Below, one piece after another: positions 1-9,349 of a DNA stretch of 64,000 nt. Source of the DNA: Gemmatimonadota bacterium (lineage in GTDB: Bacteria > Gemmatimonadota > Gemmatimonadetes > Gemmatimonadales > Gemmatimonadaceae); NCBI GenBank assembly GCA_021324775.1, contig JAJPIM010000023.1:53176-117175 (forward strand). The letters are read 5' to 3'. The notes beneath the pieces are model-generated. The model was given only the letters and a program-made list of their open reading frames with translations, was not told the DNA's origin and did not search any database. The first letter of the stretch is position 1; each line of letters opens with the position of its first letter. A program made the translations under genes and the position numbers.

Positions 1-444
1 CGTCTTCAGCGTATACACGAAATACTGCTCATCCCGGACCCACCCCAGAGACTCGTACAGCGCCTGTGCCGGCCGGTTGTCGCGCGCCGTCTGCAGCTCC
101 AGCCTGAACGCTCCGGTCTCCGCCGCAAACTCCCGTGCGCGTTCCATGAGCAGCCTGGCGACGCCGCGCCGACGCGCCCCACTCGCGACGTACAGATCAT
201 ACAGCACATAGTACGGTTTCGCGGCAACCGAGCAAAACGCCGGATACAGTTGTGTGAATCCCAGCGCCTTCGACCCATCGTCTTCGAGTGCCAGAAAGAC
301 GGTTGATTCACCCCGTCGTATCCGATCGCCGATGAACGACCGTGCAGCCGCGAGATCCGGCGGCTGCGTGTAGAACTGCCGGTACGCGTCGTACAGCGGC
401 GCGACCATGTCGAGATCGGCGGTGGTCGCCTGGCGAATGATCAT
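1..444 (-). CDS. GNAT family N-acetyltransferase (C-terminal end runs off the window start)
   Basis: Own translation of the minus strand from ATG 444..442: MIIRQATTADLDMVAPLYDAYRQFYTQ...LYVASGARRRGVARLLMERAREFAAETGAFRLELQTARDNRPAQALYESLGW. This is a GNAT acetyl-CoA-binding-type motif region. The frame is open to position 1, so it is absent from the track. Track ORF 6..311(-) is a different frame. Confidence 0.8.
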   Translation of the reverse strand, partial: MIIRQATTADLDMVAPLYDAYRQFYTQPPDLAAARSFIGDRIRRGESTVFLALEDDGSKALGFTQLYPAFCSVAAKPYYVLYDLYVASGARRRGVARLLMERAREFAAETGAFRLELQTARDNRPAQALYESLGWVRDEQYFVYTLKT

Positions 445-1907
445 GACTGAACGGCCGCGGTACCGCGCACCCGGCGGACTGCCGACGGGCGGCGGGAGTA
501 GACGAAAAAGAAGAATGCCGCCATCAGCAGAAAGAACAGCGTGCCTCCCACCATCTTCATCTCAAATCGTCCCGCGGGTTCTCCGCTTTCGGGCGGCACG
601 AAGGCCAGCACCACTCCGATCGCCGTCACCGCCAGACCGGAGATGCCTGCCGCCCAGAGCACTGGCCGCGAATACCGCGCGCGCACGAAATCGGGCCTGG
701 CCGCGAGCCGCATCAACGCCAGGAAGATGTACAGATACGGAATGAGTTGCAGGACGACCGCGAGTAGCAGGAGCACTTTGTAGCCCTGCTCGACGGTCGA
801 CCCCATGAAACTCATCGCCAGCACCGCACACGACACCGTGCCCTGGACAATCAGGGCGACGTACGGCGTGGCGAACCGCGGGTGCAGTTTCCCGAGGCCC
901 GCCGGCAGGTAGTTGTCGAGTCCCGCCACGAACGGGATGCGCGCAGAGCCGGCGAGCCACGCGGATGTCGTCCCCGCGATCGCGAGTGTCAGGAGCAGTG
1001 CGATCGGCGGAACGAGCCACCCGATCGAGATCGTGTTCGCCATGTGCGTCACGGCTTCGATGATCCCCTGAACGGCGCCGATGTCCTTCGAGGGAAGTGC
1101 GAGCAGCACCGCGATAGTCGCGCCGACGTACAGCGCACCTGAGATGACGCCGCCCCACACGACGGCCCCGGGCACGGTCCTCCGCGGATCCCGGATCTCA
1201 TCCCCCATCACCGATGCCAGCTCGAGCCCCACGAGCGCGAAGCAGACGACGCCGAAGGAGCTCACGAGGTGGTAATCCACTCCCGAGATCTTGAAATCAC
1301 TCGCGTGCAGGGAGCTTCCGTGTGCCTGCGACACCGCGATAGCGAGTCCGACCAATACCACGGCCGTGACCACGGACCCGATCCCACCGAGGTTGTTCAC
1401 CCATTTGCCGACGCCGAGGCCGAGGATGTTGAGCCCGGTCATCACCACGAGCAGCGACACCGCGGTGATGGAGACGAACAGCCTGTCGTTGCCCAAGGAC
1501 TGGAGTTGCGGGCCGCCAATGAAGACGGAGATTCCGACGATGTAGAGGAGCAGCGTCGGGATGTAGAAGATGTTGTTGGTCCAGTAGCACCACCCCGACA
1601 TGAACCCGTGGAAATCCCCGAAGATCTCCTTGGTCCACAAATACACGCCGCCCTCGTGCGGGTACCGGTCCGACAGCTCGATGACGGCCAGCCCTTGCGG
1701 CCAGAAGAAGAGCAGCAAGGCGAGGAGCCACATCCAGACCGTCACCGGCCCGCCCGCTGCGACCGGTGGTACCGTGTTCAGATTCAGCACCGCCACGACG
1801 AACAGCAGCACGAGATCGCGCTGTCCCAACGCGCGGCGGAGATGCGGCGTGCCCGCCTCCCGTTGCGCCTCTTCCCGCGCGAGGGCGACGTCCAGCCCTT
1901 CGGGCAT
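441..1907 (-). CDS. APC-superfamily amino acid permease
   Basis: Track ORF of 488 aa, multi-TM throughout. The N-terminal region (QRDLVLLFVVAVLNLN...WPQGLAVIELSDRYPHEGGVYLWT) is typical of APC amino-acid/polyamine transporters. Its stop overlaps the GNAT start (ATGA). Confidence 0.85.
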   Translation of the reverse strand: MPEGLDVALAREEAQREAGTPHLRRALGQRDLVLLFVVAVLNLNTVPPVAAGGPVTVWMWLLALLLFFWPQGLAVIELSDRYPHEGGVYLWTKEIFGDFHGFMSGWCYWTNNIFYIPTLLLYIVGISVFIGGPQLQSLGNDRLFVSITAVSLLVVMTGLNILGLGVGKWVNNLGGIGSVVTAVVLVGLAIAVSQAHGSSLHASDFKISGVDYHLVSSFGVVCFALVGLELASVMGDEIRDPRRTVPGAVVWGGVISGALYVGATIAVLLALPSKDIGAVQGIIEAVTHMANTISIGWLVPPIALLLTLAIAGTTSAWLAGSARIPFVAGLDNYLPAGLGKLHPRFATPYVALIVQGTVSCAVLAMSFMGSTVEQGYKVLLLLAVVLQLIPYLYIFLALMRLAARPDFVRARYSRPVLWAAGISGLAVTAIGVVLAFVPPESGEPAGRFEMKMVGGTLFFLLMAAFFFFVYSRRPSAVRRVRGTAAVQS

Positions 1908-3347
1908 CTAGCGAGCGGCTGGCGCGGGCTGGCTGCGTGATCCTGCGGGTGCTGCCGCGGGTTTCGCTGCGCCACCCGGCGCGCCCGAGCGGGCCCGGCG
2001 CTCCCGCTGGCCGGCGGCCACCGCGGGTGCGATTTCCGCGAACAGCTCGAGGTGCCGGTCGATGTCCGCCTCGGTGTGTGCCACCGACACCGTCCACTGC
2101 TCGTCCCACCAGTACGGCTGTGGAATCACCCCGCGATTGGTCATCGCGAACCAGTAGTGCCGCCAGCTCTCGCTGTCGATGTTCAGCCAGTCCCGATAGT
2201 TGTGGATCGGCTTCGGGGCAAACATGAGAGACCCGTTGGAGCCCGCGCCCACGACGTACGCTTCGAGTCCTGACTTGCCGATCTCCTCCCGGTACCCCTC
2301 GACGAGTTTGGCATTCAGGCGATTTACGCGCTCGTACGCGGCCGGCGTGAGCACCTCGCGCAGCGTGGCGAGGCCGGCCGCCATGGCGACCGGGTTGGTG
2401 TTGTACGTGCCGCCGTGAAACACCCGGTGATCGGTGATCAGGTTCATGATCGACCGCTTCGACGCGAACGCCGCGAGGGAGAAGCCACCGCCGATCGACT
2501 TCGCGAGGCAGATGATGTCCGGCTCGATGCCGAAATATTCGCACGCGCCGCCGCGTGCGAGCTTGGCCCCGGTCTTCACCTCGTCGAAGATCAGCAATGC
2601 GCCATGTTTCCGCGTGATCTCGCGCAACCCCTGATGGTAGCCGGGGTCGGGCATCAGGATCCCGACGTTCATGAGGATCGGCTCGACGATCACTGCCGCG
2701 ATCTCACCTGGGTACGCCGCAAACAACCGCTCGATCGCCGGCAAGTCGTTGAACTGCGCGATCAGCGTGTTGCTGAGCGTCGCCTTGGTGATCCCCTCGC
2801 CCCCGGGGACCGGTGTGGGCCGGTCCGGATCGCCCACCTGATTCGCCTTCGGCTTGACCGACACGAGCACGGAATCGTGGAGGCCGTGGTATCCGCCTTC
2901 CATCTTGATCACCCGCTCACGTCCGGTCGCCGCGCGCGCCAGCCGCATCGCGTGCATCGTGCACTCGGTGCCGCTGTTGCTGAACCGTACCATCTCCACC
3001 GGAAACCGTGCGCAGATCTCCTCGGCCAGCGCGTTCTCCGCGTCGTGCGGCATCCCGAACATCGTCCCGGTCTTGAGCTTCGCCGCGACGGCGTGCATCA
3101 CCGCGGGATGGCAGTGCCCCGCCATGAGCGCGCCGAAGCACATGTTGAAGTCGATGTACTCGTTCCCGTCGATGTCCCGGATGCGCGAGCCGTTGGCATC
3201 GCGGACGTGCAGGGGATAGGGCTCGTAGGAGCGATAGTTGCTCGCAACACCGAGCGGGAGCCGTGCCGCCGCCCTGGCGTGGGCAGCGCGCGAGGCGGGT
3301 GTCCGCCGCTCGTACGTCTCGAGTTCCGACTGCAAAGTGTCTGGCAT
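1908..3347 (-). CDS. class III (PLP-dependent) aminotransferase, glutamate-1-semialdehyde aminomutase-like
   Basis: Track ORF 1908..3503. The homology-like part starts near MPDTLQSEL (ATG 3347..3345). Motifs: DGNEYIDFNMCFGALMAGHCHP, FSNSGTECTMHAMRLARA, LIFDEVKTG. Its stop abuts the permease start (1907/1908). Confidence 0.8.
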   Translation of the reverse strand: MPDTLQSELETYERRTPASRAAHARAAARLPLGVASNYRSYEPYPLHVRDANGSRIRDIDGNEYIDFNMCFGALMAGHCHPAVMHAVAAKLKTGTMFGMPHDAENALAEEICARFPVEMVRFSNSGTECTMHAMRLARAATGRERVIKMEGGYHGLHDSVLVSVKPKANQVGDPDRPTPVPGGEGITKATLSNTLIAQFNDLPAIERLFAAYPGEIAAVIVEPILMNVGILMPDPGYHQGLREITRKHGALLIFDEVKTGAKLARGGACEYFGIEPDIICLAKSIGGGFSLAAFASKRSIMNLITDHRVFHGGTYNTNPVAMAAGLATLREVLTPAAYERVNRLNAKLVEGYREEIGKSGLEAYVVGAGSNGSLMFAPKPIHNYRDWLNIDSESWRHYWFAMTNRGVIPQPYWWDEQWTVSVAHTEADIDRHLELFAEIAPAVAAGQRERRARSGAPGGAAKPAAAPAGSRSQPAPAAR

Positions 3348-3565
3348 GGCCCCCCCAGGTCCGATCGGTCCGGCGTGTGCCGGAACATCAATGAGTATGT
3401 CAAACAGGTACCGCGCCGGACTGTCGCTGTCCACCCCCGGCGGCCGCAGTTCTACGAACGGCATCCACATCAACGTAGCGTCCGGGGCCTGGCACCATGA
3501 CACTTCTGGCCCGTTGACCGGGGGGCGCGTATTATCGACAAGCCGTATCCCCCACAGCCAGCCGA

Positions 3566-6439
3566 ATGACCATGGCAGACCTGACGGACCGGGTGCAATC
3601 GGTGCTGGGCGACGCCTACCGCGTCGAGCGGGAACTGCCTCCGGGCGGGATGAGCCGGTTGTTCCTGGCCACCGAGCGGTCGCTCGACCGCCGGGTTGTG
3701 ATCAAGGTGCTGCCGCCGGAGCTGGCCAGCGAGGTCAGCGCGGCCCGATTTCAGCGCGAGGTGACGCTCGCCGCGCACCTTCAGCACCCGCACATTCTCC
3801 CGGTCTTGTCGGCAGGCTCCCGCGACGGTCTCCTCTATTACATCACGCCGTTCGTCGAGGGCGAATCCCTGCGGCAACGCCTCGATCGCGAAACGAGACT
3901 CCCGGTCGCGACCGCCGTGCGGATCCTCACGGAGACCGCCGACGCACTCGCCCGCGCGCACGCTGCCGGAGTGGTGCATCGCGACATCAAGCCGGAAAAC
4001 ATCCTGCTCCAGGACCGGCACGCGCTGCTCGCGGATTTCGGCGTGGCGCGCGCCCTTCACGAGGCGACCGGCAGCGATCGTCTCACGGAGGCCGGCTCAG
4101 GAGTCGGAACGCCGGGGTATATGGCGCCCGAGCAGCTCGCGGGCGAACGGCACGTCGATGCCCGCGCCGATGTCTACGCGCTGGCGGTCGTCGGCTACGA
4201 GATGCTGGCCGGCCGCTCGCCGTTCACGGGTGCCACACCACAGGCGGTCGCCGCCGCGCATTTCACGAGCGCGCCGCCGCCATTGTCGCAGCTTCGTCCG
4301 GATGTCCCGCGCCCAATCAGTGATGCCATCGCCAAAGCTCTCGCCAAAGATCCGGACGGGCGCTTCGCGACGGCTGCGGAGTTCCGCGATGTCCTCGTCG
4401 CGACCGCGCCACCCCCGGCGTCACGCGCGCGACGAATAGCGGGATGGGCTGGTGCCGCCGCTCTCGTCATTGTGATAGTCACCGCGCTGGTCTGGCGCGC
4501 GCGCCCGCATGCGCCCGCCACCATCGACGAGAATCTCGTCGCCGTCGAGCCGTTTACCGTGCTGGACCCGGCACTCGACGTGTGGCGCGACGGCATGGTC
4601 GATGTCCTGGCGCACAACCTCGATGGCGCCGGCCCGCTGCGCACGGTCTCGCCGACGGTGATCGTCCACCGCGCGCACGATGCGGGGATGCCTCCAGCCG
4701 ATCTCGCTCGCCAGCTCGGCGCGGGTCTCGCTGTCACCGGCCGCATCGAGCGCTCCGGCACCGACTCGGTTCGCGTGTCCGCTAGCTTCATCGACGCCGC
4801 CACCGGCCGGCCGGGTGAAGAAGTGGCCTACCGCGGCCGCGTCGATCACATGGATGTCGTCACCGATACGCTGACGGTCGCTTTGCTCCGGTCGCTCGCC
4901 AGAACACAGACCGTCGGCGTCGCACGCGGCTCGCTCGCTGGCGCCAAATCACTCCCGGCGCTCAAGGCCCTGCTGGAAAGCGAGCAGGCGTTCCGCCGCG
5001 GCGCGTGGGACTCCGCCCAGAAGGCGGCCCAGGAGGCCATCCGGCTCGACAGCACATTTGCCCTCGCCTACTACTGGGGCAGCTTTGCCGAGGGTTGGGC
5101 CCATGGGACTGATACGAACGCCGTCGCGTACGCGAGGCTCGCCCAGGCCAACAACCACGGCCTGTCCCCGCGGGACAGTCTGCTGATCGCGTCGAATGCA
5201 CAACTGGATGACTACCAGTACTGGAACTACCACGATCAGGCGCAGATGTTCGCGCTGGCCGAAGCAGGGGTCAAACGCTATCCCGATGACCCACAGGTCT
5301 GGAACAACCTCGGCGAAGTCCGCGAACACGCTGGCCTGGGTCCGCGTGTGGGCGTGGCGCCGCGCGCCGTCCTCGATGCCTTCGCGCACGCGATCGCCCT
5401 CGACTCGAACTTTGCACCGGCGTATGTCCACGCGATCTCGCGATCGCTCCAGGTCATGGGAGCTGATTCCGGCCTGCGATACGCTCGCCGGTTCCTGGCG
5501 CTCAATCCGCCATCGGTCGATGCCGAGGCCACCCGGCTCCAGATCCTGCTCATCGGCCACTCGCGCGATACGCTTGCGGCGCACCACCTGATCGATTCCA
5601 CGAGCCCCGACGTCCTGGTTCGCGCCTATTTCAACCTTCACGCCATCCCGGACTCCGCCGAAAGCGATGTGTGGCTTGCGGCCGCGATAGTTCGCCGGTT
5701 TGGCCCGGAAACCTTGGTCGGCGGGCCACCGGCGGCTGCGCTCTTTGAGGTCGCGTCAGCCGACCGAGGTCACGTACGTGCAATGCGCCAGCGAATCAGA
5801 GCCACCACTACGCCGTTACCGCCGCGAATCGCGGCCGCTGTGGCCATCGTCGGCTCGCTGGGCATCTTCCCCGTAGCTGAGTTGGATAGTGCGCTGCATA
5901 TCCCAAGCAACATGCACAGCGGCTGGTCCTGGTTTGGTCTCCGATGGTGGGCGGAACGCGGCGATACCGCGGACATTCACGCATTCCTGGCCGCCCGGAC
6001 CACCACCGCACCGTTCGACCCGGCAAAGGATGCCCGGCCCCCTGTGTACGACACCGCTGTCGCTCGCGCCTACCTCTACCTCGCCCAGCACGACACCGCG
6101 GCCGCCATGCGACGTTTTGCCACATTGCCCGACACGCTATGCGGAGGCCGCTGTGAACTGGATACCGTGACATGGGGCGATCTCCTCACGACTCACGGCC
6201 ACGCCCCCGAAGCCGACTCGCTGCTACAACGCGGGGCTATAACGCCCTACTTCGATTTCCCGAAGCTGCTTCGCACGCTGGCACTCGCGCGCGCCGCGGA
6301 ACGCGCTGGCGACAAGAAAACAGCCATCGATGCCTACGCCAGGATCGAAGATACATGGGCCCACGCCGACGCGGAGCTTCAACCCGCGGTGAAAGAGGCG
6401 CGCGCCGCACTGACCCGGCTGTCGGGCGACCACAGATAG
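3566..6439 (+). CDS. Ser/Thr protein kinase with one TM segment and a large TPR-like C-terminal domain
   Basis: Track ORF of 957 aa with Hanks kinase motifs: VVIKVL, HRDIKPENILL, DFGVA, GTPGYMAPE. A TM segment (AGAAALVIVIVTALVW) is followed by a helical-repeat region. Confidence 0.9.
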   Translation: MTMADLTDRVQSVLGDAYRVERELPPGGMSRLFLATERSLDRRVVIKVLPPELASEVSAARFQREVTLAAHLQHPHILPVLSAGSRDGLLYYITPFVEGESLRQRLDRETRLPVATAVRILTETADALARAHAAGVVHRDIKPENILLQDRHALLADFGVARALHEATGSDRLTEAGSGVGTPGYMAPEQLAGERHVDARADVYALAVVGYEMLAGRSPFTGATPQAVAAAHFTSAPPPLSQLRPDVPRPISDAIAKALAKDPDGRFATAAEFRDVLVATAPPPASRARRIAGWAGAAALVIVIVTALVWRARPHAPATIDENLVAVEPFTVLDPALDVWRDGMVDVLAHNLDGAGPLRTVSPTVIVHRAHDAGMPPADLARQLGAGLAVTGRIERSGTDSVRVSASFIDAATGRPGEEVAYRGRVDHMDVVTDTLTVALLRSLARTQTVGVARGSLAGAKSLPALKALLESEQAFRRGAWDSAQKAAQEAIRLDSTFALAYYWGSFAEGWAHGTDTNAVAYARLAQANNHGLSPRDSLLIASNAQLDDYQYWNYHDQAQMFALAEAGVKRYPDDPQVWNNLGEVREHAGLGPRVGVAPRAVLDAFAHAIALDSNFAPAYVHAISRSLQVMGADSGLRYARRFLALNPPSVDAEATRLQILLIGHSRDTLAAHHLIDSTSPDVLVRAYFNLHAIPDSAESDVWLAAAIVRRFGPETLVGGPPAAALFEVASADRGHVRAMRQRIRATTTPLPPRIAAAVAIVGSLGIFPVAELDSALHIPSNMHSGWSWFGLRWWAERGDTADIHAFLAARTTTAPFDPAKDARPPVYDTAVARAYLYLAQHDTAAAMRRFATLPDTLCGGRCELDTVTWGDLLTTHGHAPEADSLLQRGAITPYFDFPKLLRTLALARAAERAGDKKTAIDAYARIEDTWAHADAELQPAVKEARAALTRLSGDHR

Positions 6440-6452
6440 ACGGCAGATCACC

Positions 6453-9314
6453 ATGTCTGAGCTGTCGGAGCGCGTTCAGGCCGTACTCGGTGACTCCTAT
6501 CGCATCGAGCGGGAGCTCACACCCGGCGGCATGAGCCGCCTCTTCCTTGCCACGGAGCCGTCGCTCGACCGGCAAGTGGTCGTCAAGATCCTGCCACCAG
6601 AGCTGGCGAGCGAGGTGAGCGCTGCCCGTTTTCAGCGCGAGGTGACACTCGCCGCGCACCTGCAGCATCCGCATATCCTTCCGGTACTCTCGGCGGGCTC
6701 GCGCGACGGGATCCTCTACTACATCACCCCGTACGTCGACGGGGAATCACTCCGCCAGCGGCTCGAGCGCGAGCCGAGGCTACCGGTCCGCACGGCGATT
6801 CAGATCCTGACCGAGGCGGCCGGCGCACTCGCCCGCGCGCACGTCGCGGGCGTCGTCCACCGCGATATCAAGCCGGAGAACATCCTCCTGCAGGACGACC
6901 ACGCATTGCTCGCCGATTTCGGTGTGGCGCGGGCGCTTCACGAGGCGACGGGCAGCGCCCGCCTCACGGATGCCGGCATCGGCATCGGCACGCCGGGTTA
7001 CATGGCGCCGGAACAGATCGCGGGCGAGCGTAATGTGGACGCCCGAGCCGACGTCTACGCACTGGCCGTGGTGGGCTACGAGATGTTGGCCGGGAAACCG
7101 CCCTTCGCCGGCGCGACGCCGCAAGCGACGGCAGCCGCGCAGTTCACGGGGACAGCCACGCCGCTGATCCAGTTACGTCCGGAAGTGCCACGCCCGGTCA
7201 GCGATGCTATTGCCAAGGCGCTTGCCAAAGATCCGGACAGCCGTTTCGCCTCGGCCGCTGAGTTCCGCGATCTCCTCGCCGCCGGCGCACCAACCTTCAC
7301 GCAGCCGTCCACACGCACTGTCGTCATGGTCCTCGCGGTCGTTCTCGCCGTCGCTATCGGCGGAGCGGCTCTCTGGCGGATGCGCACACACGTCCCGGCA
7401 CCACTCGACGACAATCTCATTGCCGTCGAGCCGTTCACCGTCCTCGATCCTGCTCTCGATGTGTGGCGCGAAGGAATGGTCGACGTCCTCGCGCAGAACT
7501 TCGACGGCGCTGGCCCGCTCCGAACGGTCTCGCCCACGCTGATCGTACACCGTGGACGCGACGGCACCACCACGCCCGCCGAACTCGCACGCCAACTCGG
7601 TGCGGGACTCGCCCTCACCGGCCGTGTCGAGCGCTCTGGTACGGACTCGGTCCGCGTGTCTGCAAGCTTCGTCGATGTGCACGACGGGCGGCCCGGCGAA
7701 GTGATGGAGTACCGCGGCCGAACAGACCACATGGATGTCGTCACGGATTCGCTGACTGTCGCGCTCTTACGCTCCCTCGCCCGGACACATACGGTCGGCG
7801 TCGCACGCGGCTCGCTCGCCGGCGCGAAGTCGCTGTCCGCTCTCAAAACACTCCTGGAGAGCGAGCAAGCCTACCGTCGCGGCCAGTGGGATTCCGCGAA
7901 GAAGGCAGCCCAGGAGGCCATCCACCTCGACACGACGTTTGCGCTCGCCTACTACTGGTATGGCTATGCCGCGGCGTGGGCGGAGGGCTACGATTCGCTC
8001 ACCGTCGCGTACGCCCGGCTCGCCCAGGTTCACAACCACGGGCTCAGCCCGCGGGATAGCCTGCTCATCGCGTCGAATGTCGATGACTACCTGGCCCGGA
8101 CCTACCACGATCAGGTGCAGTTGTTCGCGCTGGCAGCCGCTGGAATCCAGCGCTACCCCGACGACCCGCTGATCTGGACCAACCTCGGCGAGGTCCGCGA
8201 ACATGACGGCCTGGGCCAGCACGTGGGCGTGGCCCCGCGCGCCATCCTCGAGGCGTTTGCGCACGCCATCGCGCTCGATTCGAATTTCGCGCCGGCGTAT
8301 GTCCACGCTATCTCGAGAGCGCTCCAGGTCTTGGGCCCCGATTCCGGCCTTCGGTATGCCCGCCGCTTTCTGGCCCTAGGCCCGCCATCGGTCGATGCCG
8401 ACGCCATCCGGCTTCCGATCCTCCTCCTTGGCCATCCGCGCGATACACTCGCGGCACGCCGCCTGATCGACTCCACGAGCCCGGAGGCGCTGGATCGCGC
8501 GTATCTCAACCTTCACTACGTCCCCGACTCCGCCGAAAGCGACGTGTGGCTGGCCCGCGCGCTTGTTCGCCGGTTTGGGCCGGACACCCGAGTCGGCGGG
8601 ACGCCTGCTGCTGCTGACCTGGAGATCTCGCTGGGCGACCGTGGCCACCTGCGCGAATTGCGCCAGGGTGTCCGTGCCATGAAAATGCTCATTCCGCCGC
8701 CGCCAGCGGCCTCTCTGGCCATCGTGGGCTCGCTCGGTCTCTTCCCGGTAGCCGAGTTGGACAGCGTGCTGCGCATCCCGAGCAACATGCACTCCGGCTG
8801 GTCCTGGTTTGGTCTCCGATGGTGGGCGGAACGCGGCGACACCGCCGACATTCATGCATTCCTGGCTGCTCGAACCACCAACGTGCCATTCGATCCGAAC
8901 AGGGATGCCCGTCCCCCCGCTTACGACACGGCCGTCGCTCGCGCCTATCTCTACCTCGCCAGGCACGACACCGCGGCTGCCATGCGACAATTCGCTGCGC
9001 TGCCCGACACGCTGTGTCTCGGCCAGTGTGAGTTGGATACTGTAACCTGGGGAGATCTCCTCACGACGCACGGGCGTGCCGCCGAAGCCGACTCGCTGCT
9101 GCAACGCGACGAGACGACCCCCTGGTGGGACTTCGGGACCCTGTTGCGAACGCTGGCGCTCGCCCGCGCCGCGGACCGCGCAGGCGACAGGAAAACAGCG
9201 ATCGATGCCTACGCCAGGATCGAAGACACGTGGGTCCACGCCGACCCGGAGCTTCAGCCCGCTGTCAAAGAGGCACGTGCCGCACTGGCCCGCCTGTCAA
9301 GCGACCGTCGATAA
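6453..9314 (+). CDS. Ser/Thr protein kinase, tandem paralog of 3566..6439
   Basis: Track ORF of 953 aa with the same motifs and the same architecture. It aligns collinearly with the upstream kinase over the full length, with most residues identical by eye. The gap between them is 13 nt. Confidence 0.9.
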   Translation: MSELSERVQAVLGDSYRIERELTPGGMSRLFLATEPSLDRQVVVKILPPELASEVSAARFQREVTLAAHLQHPHILPVLSAGSRDGILYYITPYVDGESLRQRLEREPRLPVRTAIQILTEAAGALARAHVAGVVHRDIKPENILLQDDHALLADFGVARALHEATGSARLTDAGIGIGTPGYMAPEQIAGERNVDARADVYALAVVGYEMLAGKPPFAGATPQATAAAQFTGTATPLIQLRPEVPRPVSDAIAKALAKDPDSRFASAAEFRDLLAAGAPTFTQPSTRTVVMVLAVVLAVAIGGAALWRMRTHVPAPLDDNLIAVEPFTVLDPALDVWREGMVDVLAQNFDGAGPLRTVSPTLIVHRGRDGTTTPAELARQLGAGLALTGRVERSGTDSVRVSASFVDVHDGRPGEVMEYRGRTDHMDVVTDSLTVALLRSLARTHTVGVARGSLAGAKSLSALKTLLESEQAYRRGQWDSAKKAAQEAIHLDTTFALAYYWYGYAAAWAEGYDSLTVAYARLAQVHNHGLSPRDSLLIASNVDDYLARTYHDQVQLFALAAAGIQRYPDDPLIWTNLGEVREHDGLGQHVGVAPRAILEAFAHAIALDSNFAPAYVHAISRALQVLGPDSGLRYARRFLALGPPSVDADAIRLPILLLGHPRDTLAARRLIDSTSPEALDRAYLNLHYVPDSAESDVWLARALVRRFGPDTRVGGTPAAADLEISLGDRGHLRELRQGVRAMKMLIPPPPAASLAIVGSLGLFPVAELDSVLRIPSNMHSGWSWFGLRWWAERGDTADIHAFLAARTTNVPFDPNRDARPPAYDTAVARAYLYLARHDTAAAMRQFAALPDTLCLGQCELDTVTWGDLLTTHGRAAEADSLLQRDETTPWWDFGTLLRTLALARAADRAGDRKTAIDAYARIEDTWVHADPELQPAVKEARAALARLSSDRR

Positions 9315-9349
9315 AATCGAGTGAACCGACCCCCTGTGGTTGATGCGAA

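Noticed and set aside
6-311. Track ORF of 101 aa on the minus strand
   Set aside because: Arg/Cys-rich nonsense. The adjacent frame gives a clean GNAT acetyltransferase open from 444 to the window edge.
3514-3536. TTGACC ... TATTAT as a canonical sigma70 promoter for kinase 1
   Set aside because: The spacer is only 11 nt, which is incompatible with a -35/-10 pair. Only the TATTAT-containing 11-mer is kept, as a low-interest observation.
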